A stretch of DNA of 64,000 nucleotides from Macrostomum lignano (taxonomy: Eukaryota): positions 124,001-188,000 of the forward strand of contig NIVC01001810.1 in the NCBI GenBank assembly GCA_002269645.1, in the 5' to 3' direction. The notes under the pieces were generated by a model. It was given only the letters and a program-made list of their open reading frames with translations. It did not search any database and had not been told where the DNA came from. How positions within the stretch are numbered: the first letter of the stretch is position 1; every line of letters begins with the position of its first letter. Below are positions 51,176-64,000 of the stretch, piece by piece. A program made the position numbers and the translations under genes.

Positions 51176-51503
51176 GTCGGTCCCTGCGAAGGCATCGACA
51201 TGGGCGACCACCTATGGCTCGGCCGCTTCCTGCTGCACCGGGTCGCCGAGGACTTCGGCGTCGCCGTCTCCTTCGACCCGAAGCCGATGCCGGGCGACTG
51301 GAACGGCGCCGGGGCGCACACGAACTTCAGCACGCTGCAGATGCGCCAGCCCGAGGGCATGAAGGCCATCATCGAGGGCATCGAGAGGCTCGGCAAGCGG
51401 CACGCCGCCCACATCCGCGCCTACGACCCGCACGGAGGCGCCGACAACAAGAGGCGGCTCACGGGGCTGCACGAGACCTCCAGCATCGACGACTTCAGCT
51501 ACG
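51176..51503 (+). CDS. GLUL: Glutamine synthetase exon 4
   Basis: [45 protein letters not shown]. Confidence 0.97.
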
Positions 51504-51506
51504 GTG

Positions 51507-52430
51507 TGGGATCGGGATCTGGGATCGGGATCTGGGATCGGGATCTGGGATCGGGATCTGGGATCGGGATCTGGGATCGGGATCTGGGATCGGGATCTGG
51601 GATCGGGATCTGGGATCGGGATCTGGGATCGGGATCTGGGATCGGGATCTGGGATCGGGATCTGGGATCGGGATCTGGGATCGGGATCTGGGATCGGGAT
51701 CTGGGATCGGGATCTGGGATCGGGATCTGGGATCGGGATCTGGGATCGGGATCTGGGATCGGGATCTGGGATCGGGATCTGGGATCGGGATCTGGGATCG
51801 GGATCTGGGATCGGGATCTGGGATCGGGATCTGGGATCGGGATCTGGGATCGGGATCTGGGATCGGGATCTGGGATCGGGATCTGGGATCGGGATCTGGG
51901 ATCGGGATCTGGGATCGGGATCTGGGATCGGGATCTGGGATCGGGATCTGGGATCGGGATCTGGGATCGGGATCTGGGATCGGGATCTGGGATCGGGATC
52001 TGGGATCGGGATCTGGGATCGGGATCTGGGATCGGGATCTGGGATCGGGATCTGGGATCGGGATCTGGGATCGGGATCTGGGATCGGGATCTGGGATCGG
52101 GATCTGGGATCGGGATCTGGGATCGGGATCTGGGATCGGGATCTGGGATCGGGATCTGGGATCGGGATCTGGGATCGGGATCTGGGATCGGGATCTGGGA
52201 TCGGGATCTGGGATCGGGATCTGGGATCGGGATCTGGGATCGGGATCTGGGATCGGGATCTGGGATCGGGATCTGGGATCGGGATCTGGGATCGGGATCT
52301 GGGATCGGGATCTGGGATCGGGATCTGGGATCGGGATCTGGGATCGGGATCTGGGATCGGGATCTGGGATCGGGATCGGGATCTGGGATCGGGATCTGGG
52401 ATCGGGATCTGGGATCGGGATCTGGGATCT
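51507..52430. repeat. Near-perfect 13-bp minisatellite (GGGATCGGGATCT) starting at the splice donor
   Basis: About 70 copies. Confidence 0.98.
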
Positions 52431-52452
52431 AAAATCCTCAAAACCCCCGCAG

Positions 52453-52607
52453 GCGTGGCGCACCGCGGCTGCTCCATCCGCATCCCGCGGCAGTGCAGCG
52501 ATGACGGCTGCGGCTACCTGGAGGACCGGCGGCCGGCCTCCAACTGCGACCCCTACTGCGTCACCGAGATGCTGGTGCGCACCGTCTGCCTGAACGAGTC
52601 CGGCTGA
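52453..52607 (+). CDS. GLUL: Glutamine synthetase last exon; spliced product about 363 aa
   Basis: [31 protein letters not shown]; TGA at 52605-07. Confidence 0.97.
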
Positions 52608-52839
52608 CACGCCAGGGACAACAGAGCTGTCTTGCGGACAAAAGTGAACAGAAAAAATTCTCGTCTTATAAAACTGAGCACAATTCACTCAATGTAGATC
52701 CGAGCTTGCAGAACTTTGCACTTTCCCTGTCAATCTACGCCCGTATGAGCAATCAATCGATCAGGTTCGGTTGATTCAACTGAAATCAGTTGATATCAAG
52801 ATACTTTAATAAATACACCGCACTTAATAGAACTATCTA

Positions 52840-55025
<2,186 letters not shown>

Positions 55026-55594
55026 CATGTAACTAACTTTCCCACCGATACACTTGATGCTGAAGTCGTAGGCCATCAGCCTGTCTGCTCTGTGCCCGGT
55101 GCCGGGGCTGCCAGAGCCGCGGGGGTTGCCAGAGCTGGGGTGGCTGCTCGCACAGACAGGCAGGCGGGTGGCCTTCAATCTCTCTCTGCAGTCTCTCACA
55201 GTGCCTGCGAACTTCTGTTTTGCATCACGCCACCTGAGTGCATCGCCCCACCTCTCTGCTCGAGCCCTCCGAGTCTCCGAGCCCAGACCGCAGCCCCAGA
55301 ACAATGGGGCTCTCCGGCCCCCTCACCGTCCCCGCCCTGCGCCTGTCAAAGCCAGCGGCGGCTCTGAGGTGGGCGGCAGTTTGAGTCTCAACTGTTGCCA
55401 TGGTGACCGGGCAGATGGGGCAGGTGAGGCTTTACTAATTGCTGCCTCAGGTGAGGCTGGGCTGGGGAGGGCAGCTGCGCTTTTATGCCTGTTTTGTTAT
55501 TCTCAGCTGCTGCGACCTGCCTGCTCAGAAAGTGCAAAGTAAAGAGTTGGACTGCTTTGTGGCATCAGCCTGCTTGTGCTGCCTCCCTGTGCTG

Positions 55595-55925
55595 CCTCCC
55601 TCTGCTGTCTCCCTCTGCTGTCTCCCTCTGCTGTCTCCCTCTGGTGTCTCCCTCTGCTGTCTCCCTCTGGTGTCTCCCTCTGCTGTCTCCCTCTGCTGTC
55701 TCCCTCTGCTGTCTCCCTCTGCTGTCTCCCTCTGCTGTCTCCCTCTGCTGTCTCCCTCTGCTGTCTCCCTCTGCTGTCTCCCTCTGCTGTCTCCCTCTGC
55801 TGTCTCGCTCTGGTGTCTCTCTCTGCTGTCTCCCTCTGCTGTCTCCCTTTGCTCCCTCTGGTGTCTCCCTTTGCTGTCTCCCTGTGGTGTCTCCCTCTGC
55901 TGTCTCCCTCTGCTGTCTCCCATTC
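55595..55925. repeat. 13-bp minisatellite (CTGCTGTCTCCCT)
   Basis: Seen directly. Confidence 0.93.
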
Positions 55926-56619
55926 TCTCATTGCCAATCCCTGTACACTGTCAAATTTCAAATTAGGAGACAGACCGAGAGAGAACTCAAACGGACAGAA
56001 AGAAGGGTTAAAAGGGAGGGACAGAACAAAAGCGATACGCACGGCTTCCATGCTTGAGTTGGGCTGCATTTGAAAGCATCGGCAGCCCCTGCGACTGAGC
56101 CCTGGCCAGGTGAGAATTTTCCTTATAGTTGCCTCTGCAGCAGCCAGCGACAAAAGATGCTCAGCCCTTCACCCCGCACCGAATCTCTGAGCACAGCCGC
56201 ACCCTCTGCTCTCAAGCCGCAATTGTCTCTCCGAGCTCTGCACCACCTCCCTAGACCCGAACTTGTTTTCATTTCTTTTATAATATATACGAGTGGAACT
56301 CCTCCTTCGGAGAAAAATGGGGAAGAACTCCCATCGCCAGAATTTCATTCCCTGAAATCCATCATCTGAAATTCCATGACTTGAATCCCATCTTCCAAAT
56401 CATCTCCAAATCCTCTACAAAGCCATTTAAATGTCATATCTTGTTTTTACTGTTTGAAAAAACTGACTGCAATTGTCTAGACTCAGATTCGCCTGTCTTT
56501 TCTCTCCTCTTTGCTCCCTCATCTCTACTGTATAATTTATCATCTCTCATCTTTCCTATCTGCACTCCTCTCTTACACTCTTCTTTCCCTCGCTATCTCC
56601 TCTGAATTCTTTTATCTCT

Positions 56620-56663
56620 AATCTTTAATCTCTCTTCTCTCTCCTCTCTCCTTTCTCCTCTCG

Positions 56664-56702
<39 letters not shown>

Positions 56703-56960
56703 ATCTCTACTCCCTTACTTATTTCTTCTCCCTCATCTATTGTCTCTACTCTCTCCTGTCTCCTCTCTCTCCTCTTCTCTTCTCTCTTCTCTCTCCTCTC
56801 ATCTCTCCTGTCTCATCTCTGCTATCGCATATCTCCCCTCTCCTCTTCTCTCTTCATTTCCGCCTCGCTCCCCTCTTCTCTCCCAGCTGTCATCTCTCTA
56901 ATCTCTTCTCTCTCATATCTACTCTCTTTTCTATCATCTCTCCTCTCTTCTCTTTTGACT
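56620..56960. repeat. CT-rich low-complexity tract
   Basis: Seen directly. Confidence 0.8.
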
Positions 56961-57862
56961 CTTCTCTCTAATCTCTCATTTAACTGACTGAAGGTGCCCG
57001 ATAATAAAACCAATTGAAATTTGTCACCAGCCTCCTCCATTACTGAAATTACTGAAATGATAGCTTAAATGTACTTAAACTGATTTCTATTAAAATATCC
57101 TCCTCCGTTAAACGACTATCTAATTATATCAGTATCGATATGATACCATTTCCGTCAATCAAGACTGTTTAATTGAAATCTATAAAAAGATGCTTTCTAC
57201 TTTCAAAGTAACGGGTATGATAGTCTGTGGGAAAAAGCGTGGTAGACAGACATCCACTGGAGAGGCAGAGGGGCCAAGGAAGGTTATTGAAGGTTAAAAA
57301 ACAGTTTTCTGCTTTTTATGCTTTTTCTGTGCGAAATTAAAATAGCCTAAAGCCTGATCCGGAAAATTTGCAGTTTTGCCATATAAGTTTCGACGCTGGC
57401 TTGCCAGAATTGTAGGATTTCTGCACATAGGTAGGTTAACAGCAAGTAGTCACTGATGGCAGCTGTGTGTGAGCTCAGTGCCATAGACATGTCTGAGTCA
57501 CCACAGTAATTTGATTTTATAAAGTAGCTCTGGAGAACAAAATGAGGAAAGCCAAGTCTCGCAGCAAGACGCTCGGCTAGAAGTTCTAAAATGTACGGGT
57601 ATAACCACAGAATACTATTGTATTCAAGGGGTATAACACTCGCGTAATAATCATTTACCAAATCTATGACTCCAGACACATTGTGCCACATAAAAGGGGT
57701 CACAGTTATGAGGAAGAGTCGGGTGAACATCAAGTAGTCACCATCGACTGACAAGCACCAAAAAAGTGACACATGAGCATCAAATTTAATATATGACAGG
57801 CTTTGCTCAGATGCTGCAGCACGATTTTCAACGAGAACCCAAGCTGAACAGCTGAAAACTCT

Positions 57863-58303
57863 CTATGAGCTCTTCTGAGCTTTGCTCGGATCAAAGGAGA
57901 CCTGCCGAGCGAGCTGTGACACGGTCTGAGCAACGCAATAGTACTTTATAATTTCGGCCCTCTCGTTTCTGAACTCGTACGGCTTCTCCGTCATGTGCCG
58001 CTTCACGCGCATCATGATGCCCTCCAGGTGCTTCTCTGTGTAAAATCGCTCGATGTAGTGGCACAGGGTCTGCACGAAGACGCTACCAGTCTGAGGGTCG
58101 CGGTAGGACACCTGACCCTCTGTGGTAGGGAAGCAGAACAGGAAGTCACTCTCTGGAGGGTACAGGGCCGGGTTCTGCGCGAACTCTGGGGGCAGCTGGT
58201 CGACTGCCAGCCCCCTGTGCGTCACTTCGTCTTTGCCTCTGCCGCGGCAGGCCTGGACAAAGAAGATCTTCGGCTTGCCCGCCAGGTCGGGGCAGACGGA
58301 GGC
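57863..58303 (-). CDS. Caspase domain, last exon (catalytic Cys and small subunit)
   Basis: LAGKPKIFFVQACRG; SDFLFCFPTTEG.VSYRD...GSVFVQTL; Q.....L.R.V.F; ctccag|GCC acceptor; TAG at 57863-65. Confidence 0.95.
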   Translation of the reverse strand, partial: ASVCPDLAGKPKIFFVQACRGRGKDEVTHRGLAVDQLPPEFAQNPALYPPESDFLFCFPTTEGQVSYRDPQTGSVFVQTLCHYIERFYTEKHLEGIMMRVKRHMTEKPYEFRNERAEIIKYYCVAQTVSQLARQVSFDPSKAQKSS

Positions 58304-58389
58304 CTGGAGGAGGGTTGGGAAATGTGTAGAAATTTGTAGAGCTGCAATGCTTTGCATCATATGCACAGATGAGCCAGACCCAGACCCAC

Positions 58390-58747
58390 CTTGAACTTGG
58401 CTGCGAGCTCCAGAACCGGACTCAGCACTCCATGGCCATGGATAATGCAGTCCCTTCCCTGTGGGTCCTTGCGGCCGTGGGCCATCAGGAAGCAGACAAA
58501 ACTGCCGTGCTTGGCGAGCTCCTTGGACTTCTTTGTCTCATTGAGGAAGTCATCGATCTCTGCAGTTGTGGGATTTTGCTTCTCCATGATGGTGAAACTC
58601 AGCTTCCTGAAAAGCTTCCTCACTCGCTCCACATCCCGCTCCGAGCCTTTGCGCTCCTCTTCGCCGCTGCCGGCTGAGTACGCGTTGATGTTGATGATGA
58701 GGCAGAATCCCTGCGGGTTCGTCACCTGGTAGAAATCCTCGTGGAGT
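58390..58747 (-). CDS. Caspase domain, large-subunit exon
   Basis: GFCLIININ, R.GSERD, FVCFLMAHG (catalytic His); cattccag|A acceptor needs a phase-2 donor; AAG|GTGGGT donor. Confidence 0.94.
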
Positions 58748-59298
58748 CTGGAATGCAGCAGGGTGATCGGGACGTGAGGCAAATAATATAGAACAGGAAT
58801 CCCTGGAGACCTTTGCCTGATTCTGTTTTGCATGAGAAGCCTTTGGAATGCCGTGGAATGCTGTGGCACACTAAATATTATATATAATCTCTTCGATACA
58901 AAACTTATATTGAACATGTGAAATCTTTAAACAAATAAGGCTAGCTTTATGACACAGACGCATGCACAGCTCAGTTGGTGGCGTAATATAGAATACACAG
59001 ACACATTTGTGCTCATTTTAGAGTACTTCTGTCTCTGACTCATGCCAATCTGTCACTGACTCATGCCAATCTTTCATTCCTGCTCACTGACCCAGTCCCA
59101 GCTGGAGAAGGCGGGGTCCAGAGACGGCCTCGCACTGAAAGAGGAGAGGGTTGGGAGACTGAAGCAATGCAGGATGGCTGCAGAAATGGGGAACTGAGCA
59201 GGCAGGGAGAGTCTGTCAGCTGATCATTGTGAGCCACTCTTAGCTGAACCGAATGCAATTTCCCAAGTGAAAAGTGGAAGACGGCCTGCCTTGCTGAC

Positions 59299-60641
59299 GG
59301 AGTCTCCTCGGACTGCAGCTGCAAGCCCGACATCGCCTGGCCCAGCCTCCGCTCTTCTCCATCAGGCTGGTGCCGCCGCTGCTCTGCGATCCACTCCCGA
59401 ATCCGAGCTCCGTGCTGAGAGTTCCGCTCTGCGTAGTCGGCCACCGACTCGCCACCGGAATCGAGAAGGTCGAATGGGGCGAAGCCGAGAGAGTCCGCGA
59501 TGAGGCGGAGCGAGTCCAGGTCGTGATACTGAGCAGCCAGGTGAGCAGGTGTGGCTCCGTTTGAGTCTTTTTCCAACAGACAGGCCGCCGGACCGAGCTC
59601 AGAGATGAGCCACTCGAGACAGGAGTTGGTCTCATTCATAGCAGCAAAGTGAATGGCAGTGCGTTGGACTAGGCCAGGCTGATGGAAGCAGTCGGATCCG
59701 AGGACTGATTTGAAGAACTGCATGGAATCGGCGCCCTGAAACTCAGCAGCGAGATGGACGGGAGTGTTTCCTTGTTGGTCTCGAACGGAGAGACAGTCGG
59801 TTCCGCACTCGTTTACCAGCCACTTGAGACAGGAGTTAGTGGCTTCATTCATAGCCGCACAGTGAATGGCAGTGCGTTGGACTTGGCCAGGCTGATGAAA
59901 GCAGTCGGATCCGAGGACTGATTTGAAGAACTGCATTGAATCGGCGCCCTGCTTCCAAGCAGCGATATGGACGGGAGTGCTTCCTCGTTGGTCTCGAACG
60001 GAGAGACAGTCGGTTCCGCACTCGTTCACCAGCCACTTGAGACAGGAGTTAGTAGCTTCATTTAAAGCGGCTTTGTGAATGGCAGTTTGTTGTAATAAGC
60101 CAGGCTGATGGAAGCAGTCGGATCCGAGGACTGATTTGAAGAACTGCATGGAATCGGCGCCCTGCTTCCAAGCAGCGAGATGGACGGGAGTGTTTCCTTG
60201 TTGGTCTCGAACGGAGAGACAGTCGGTTCCGCACTCGTTCACCAGCCACTTAAGACAGGAGTTAGTAGCTTCATTCTCAGCGGCCCAGTGAATGGCAGTG
60301 CGTTGGAGTCGGCCAGGCTGACGGAAGCAGTCGGATCCGAGGCTGCGGTGAATGAGCTCCATCCATGACTCATCTCGACACAAGGCAGCCAGGTGCACAG
60401 GAGTGTTGCCTCTTTCGTTGGTGCAGGTGAGGCAGTCGGGTCCGAGTTTCTTAATAAGAGCCTCGAAGCAGCGGAGACCGTCGGATAGATAGGTCACGTG
60501 ATGAGCAATGGACCGCTTCAACTGGTTGATGTTGAGTGCGAAGTTGGTGTCGAGCTGCCGGCAGAGGGGGAGCAGGCGGCCTGCGTCCTTGGCACGGAGG
60601 GCTGCAGCGACTTCTTCGCGCACTGAGGCTTGCCGGGCCAT
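59299..60641 (-). CDS. Ankyrin-repeat exon (nine T.x.H.AA repeats), predicted N-terminal prodomain of the caspase
   Basis: ATG at 60641 downstream of a TATA box; 213-bp two-ankyrin units; phase-2 donors at 59299 (CC|GTCAGC) and 59092 (GG|GTCAGT) both join the caspase exon in frame. Confidence 0.9.
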
Positions 60642-60690
60642 GTCTGCAGAGTGGCGCGGACTGCGAGCGCGCTGGGCTGCTCTGTGCCGC

Positions 60691-60697
60691 TTTTATA
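60691..60697 (-). promoter_or_regulatory. TATA box (TATAAAA) of the ankyrin-caspase gene
   Basis: CATATAAAAG 50 nt upstream of the ATG in a GC-rich context. Confidence 0.6.
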
Positions 60698-60839
60698 TGG
60701 GCGGTGCGGAGAGGCGGGCTGAGCGGCATCCGAGCCAGACTACTGTGAGTAGGCAAAGCAGAGTAAACTGCAGATGCTGTGCTGAGTCTGTCAGTTCTGA
60801 GCTCGGAACTCAGCGAGACCGACTGCTGGCCGCAGGTGC

Positions 60840-61218
60840 GCGACACGGGAAGGTGAGCGACACGGGAAGGTGAGCGACACGGGAAGGTGAGCGACACGGG
60901 AAGGTGAGCGACACGGGAAGGTGAGCGACACGGGAAGGTGAGCGACACGGGAAGGTGAGCGACACGGGAAGGTGAGCGACACGGGAAGGTGAGCGACACG
61001 GGAAGGTGAGCGACACGGGAAGGTGAGCGACACGGGAAGGTGAGCGACACGGGAAGGTGAGCGACACGGGAAGGTGAGCGACACGGGAAGGTGAGCGACA
61101 CGGGAAGGTGAGCGACACGGGAAGGTGAGCGACACGGGAAGGTGAGCGACACGGGAAGGGTGAGCGACACGGGAAGGTGAGCGACACGGGAAGGGTGAGC
61201 GACACGGGAAGGTGAGCC
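60840..61218. repeat. 17-bp minisatellite (GGGAAGGTGAGCGACAC)
   Basis: About 22 copies. Confidence 0.96.
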
Positions 61219-61732
61219 CTGCATAAAGGGAAGGGCGAAACTAAGATTGGGGTACCGGAGAATGGGGACAAATTGGAGAACAAAATGAGCACAAGATATA
61301 TATCCAGCGCTTCGAATACTGACTCGAACTCAATCCAGCACCTGAATACTCGAATGTGCAGATCACATGCAGCAGCTGCTCAGCATCAGTGAGCACTGTT
61401 GCACAGGAACTCATGACAGCCGATCAGAGGCCCCTGACGTCACCATGAGCGCCGTCATTGCAGAGCAGCATCAGTGAGCAAGTGAGCACAGCGCAACTCA
61501 CAGAGGAATATTTTACAATTGATTGCAGCTCATAAATCAGACAAGCTGAAGTCGACACTCAGAGCGCAGCCTTCTCAGCAACTGCTTGAGCACCTTTGTT
61601 TTGCATCAGCCAGCAGGTGGACAGTGGCTTGGAGTGGAGCCACCGACTTTGAGCACTCTGCTTGCTGAGTAATGTTCATTAATGTACTGATGTGCTTAGT
61701 GCTGTACTTTTGCAATAAACCGTTATGTTTTA

Positions 61733-61962
61733 GAGTGCTCCATCACCGGTACAAAGTGCTCCATCACCGGTACAGAGTGCTCCATCACCGGTATAGAGTG
61801 CTCCATCACCGGTACAGAGTGCTCCATCACCGGTACAGAGTGCTCCATCACCGGTACAGAGTGCTCCATCACCGGTACAGAGTGCTCCATCACCGGTACA
61901 GAGTGCTCCATCACCGGTACAGAGTGCTCCATCACCGGTACAGAGTGCTCCATCACCGGTGC
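61733..61962. repeat. 21-bp minisatellite (AGAGTGCTCCATCACCGGTAC)
   Basis: About 11 copies. Confidence 0.95.
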
Positions 61963-62384
61963 TCAATAATTAACAAAACACGCAATTCCGTGACTTCAGT
62001 TTCTGCAGAAGCAGCAACGATGCTCTCCAGACTCTGTCGAGTCCAGCAAATTTCTTCAAAGTGCAGAATCCTCAGAGCCTCATCAAATATATTTAGTCAT
62101 CAGGCAGGGCGGCAGGGAGGCGTCAAGCGCTCAGGAAGCTGGCAGTTCTGGCACCAGACTCTGCTCAGAGCTGCTCATAGATCTGCACTCAGCGGGCTGG
62201 CTGAGGCCTCGCAGCTCTGATGGGATTTGAGAAGCTGCTGGAGTTGAGCACTGCGGGACCTGAGCGACTGGAGCAGGGAGGGACTCAAGCTGATGAGGCT
62301 GTGCGAGCGACTCTAAATGCAATGCTCTGGGAGACTGGGGAGAGGGAGAAGAAGGGATGGAGAAGAGAAGATAGGTAGAATGGA

Positions 62385-63068
62385 GATGCAGCAGTGGGAG
62401 ATGCAGTGTGCGGGCACAGCATGGGTGCAGCAGTGGGGAGATGCAGTGTGCGGGCACAGCACGGGTGCAGCAGTGGGAGATGCAGTGTGCGGGCACAGCA
62501 TGGGTGCAGCAGTGGGAGATGCAGTGTGCGGGCACAGCAGGGGTGCAGCAGTGGGGAGATGCAGTGTGCGGGCACAGCACGGGTGCAGCAGTGGGAGATG
62601 CAGTGTGCGGGCACAGCACGGGTGCAGCAGTGGGAGATGCAGTGTGCGGGCACAGCACGGGTGCAGCAGTGGGGAGATGCAGTGTGCGGGCACAGCACGG
62701 GTGCAGCAGTGGGAGATGCAGTGTGCGGGCACAGCACGGGTGCTGCAGTGGGAGATGCAGTGTGCGGGCACAGCACGGGTGCAGCAGTGGGAGATGCAGT
62801 GTGCGGGCACGGCACGGGTGCAGCACTGGGAGATGCAGTGTGCGGGCACAGCAGGGGTGCAGCAGTGGGGAGATGCAGTGTGCGGGCACAGCACGGGTGC
62901 AGCAGTGGGAGATGCAGTGTGCGGGCACAGCACGGGTGCAGCAGTGGGAGATGCAGTGTGCGGGCACAGCACGGGTGCAGCAGTGGGGAGATGCACTGTG
63001 CGGGCACAGCACGGGTGCAGCAGTGGGGAGATGCAGTGTGCGGGCACAGCAGGGGTGCAGCAGTGGGA
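62385..63068. repeat. 39-40-bp minisatellite (GGGAGATGCAGTGTGCGGGCACAGCACGGGTGCAGCAGT)
   Basis: About 17 copies. Confidence 0.96.
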
Positions 63069-63747
63069 GGCGGCGGGTTCGCACCTGACAGACTCAATAA
63101 AAATTCAATTAACGCACAATGAGCAGCGAATGTACATCAGTGTAAATTACAGATCAGTCTGGGAAAGGATTGCTAGCCCAGCTCCCTACTCTATTGGGAT
63201 AAATCCTCAGCTTAAATCCCAAAGCATCCCAAAGCTCAGGGTCAGACTAGCAATCCACTCCCCGACCCCGCTGGGCCCAGCAGCTCACAGCGGGTGCACA
63301 CAGCAATTTCAGCTTGCGGATTCGGCAGGGACAACAAAGAGTCACAACAAAGAGCTGATGGGGACAAGCGGCAGGTGCAGGGGATCACAGAGAGCGGTGC
63401 ACAGGCGGTGCCAAGCAGTGCATTCTGAAGTGCAGGAGGACTTCAGCGAATTGCCAGGTGCAGAAATTTGCACACAGAAATATTTTTTACAGTGCGAGCT
63501 GAGCGAATTCAGCAAAGCTGGGCAGAGGGCGCGGCAGCCGCGGCTCTGCGGCATCTCCGTGTGAGCCGCCCCGGATCTGCCGCTCCTTGGCTAGACTAGC
63601 AATCCACTCTGTTTGTGGAATCCAGCAAACCAGGCCCGGGAGCGCCAAGGTCAAGTCAGTAAAAGTACATCCTGTCACATCCAGGGCATTGCTGATTGAC
63701 AATTCAGTCCAGCTGCATGGGGCCCGGGCTCGAGCCCCGCACCTCCC

Positions 63748-63927
63748 CTAGGAGGCCAGCGGCAGCTGCAGCAGGCTGCCGTCCCGTGGCGAGAAGCCGG
63801 CGTTGTGGCGCTGCAGGAACAGGTGCACCTCCCGGAACCGCGGCCTGCAGGCTTCGTCCCGCTGCCAGCACTCGCTCATCAGGTCGAAGAGCTCGCGGGG
63901 GCACCGCGGGGGGCGGGGCAGCCAGTC
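63748..63927 (-). CDS. DDR: Discoidin domain receptor tyrosine kinase, C-terminal exon (5' boundary unresolved)
   Basis: LPRPPRCPRELFDLMSECWQRD...RPRFREVHLFLQRHNAGF, typical invertebrate DDR end. Confidence 0.82.
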   Translation of the reverse strand, partial: DWLPRPPRCPRELFDLMSECWQRDEACRPRFREVHLFLQRHNAGFSPRDGSLLQLPLAS

Positions 63928-63955
63928 AGACAAACACCGAGCAGCAGCCGCTCAC

Positions 63956-64000
63956 CTGCTGGTCGGTGAGGTGAGCAAACGGCTGCTCCCTGCAGAAGGT
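63956..64000 (-). CDS. DDR: DDR penultimate exon, 3' part (TFCREQPFAHLTDQQ)
   Basis: DDR motif CR.QPF..LTD.QV; donor CAG|GTGAGC. Confidence 0.82.

Noticed and set aside
58748-58917. Stand-alone caspase starting at ORF 58917
   Set aside because: N-terminal part is AT-rich, non-homologous and ends in a pyrimidine tract + AG, so it is likely intron.
60840-61218. Array of AAG|GTGAGC donor consensus as a functional multi-donor cassette
   Set aside because: No plus-strand gene here; flanking genes are on the minus strand.

Overview
This is eukaryotic (animal) genomic DNA: GC-rich exons separated by introns almost entirely filled with locus-specific mini- and microsatellites. That organisation, plus a match to the flatworm spliced-leader sequence as I recall it, suggests Macrostomum lignano or a relative (inference). 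Most long ORFs in the supplied track are artefacts of tandem repeats. Supportable genes: the 3' part of a myotubularin MTMR3/4-like phosphatase (+); an intronless KCTD8/12/16-like BTB protein (-); an 11-exon phosphorylase kinase alpha subunit (-) ending in CAVQ; a glutamine synthetase (+) with two alternative first coding exons; an ankyrin-repeat exon that splices in frame to a two-exon caspase domain (-); and the last exons of a discoidin domain receptor kinase (-). A PHKA intron carries an internally deleted Mag-like Ty3/Gypsy LTR element with LTRs, PBS, PPT and a 5-bp TSD. Most interesting: (1) the ankyrin-caspase fusion, whose near-identical 213-bp repeat units differ mainly at ligand-contact codons, a candidate sensor-effector; (2) a 960-bp insertion headed by a spliced-leader-like 21-mer and ending in (AAC)n; (3) a PHKA first coding exon lacking ATG that the spliced-leader AUG would complete in frame. 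All exon boundaries were derived by eye from GT/AG sites, phase compatibility and recalled homology; no searches were run.
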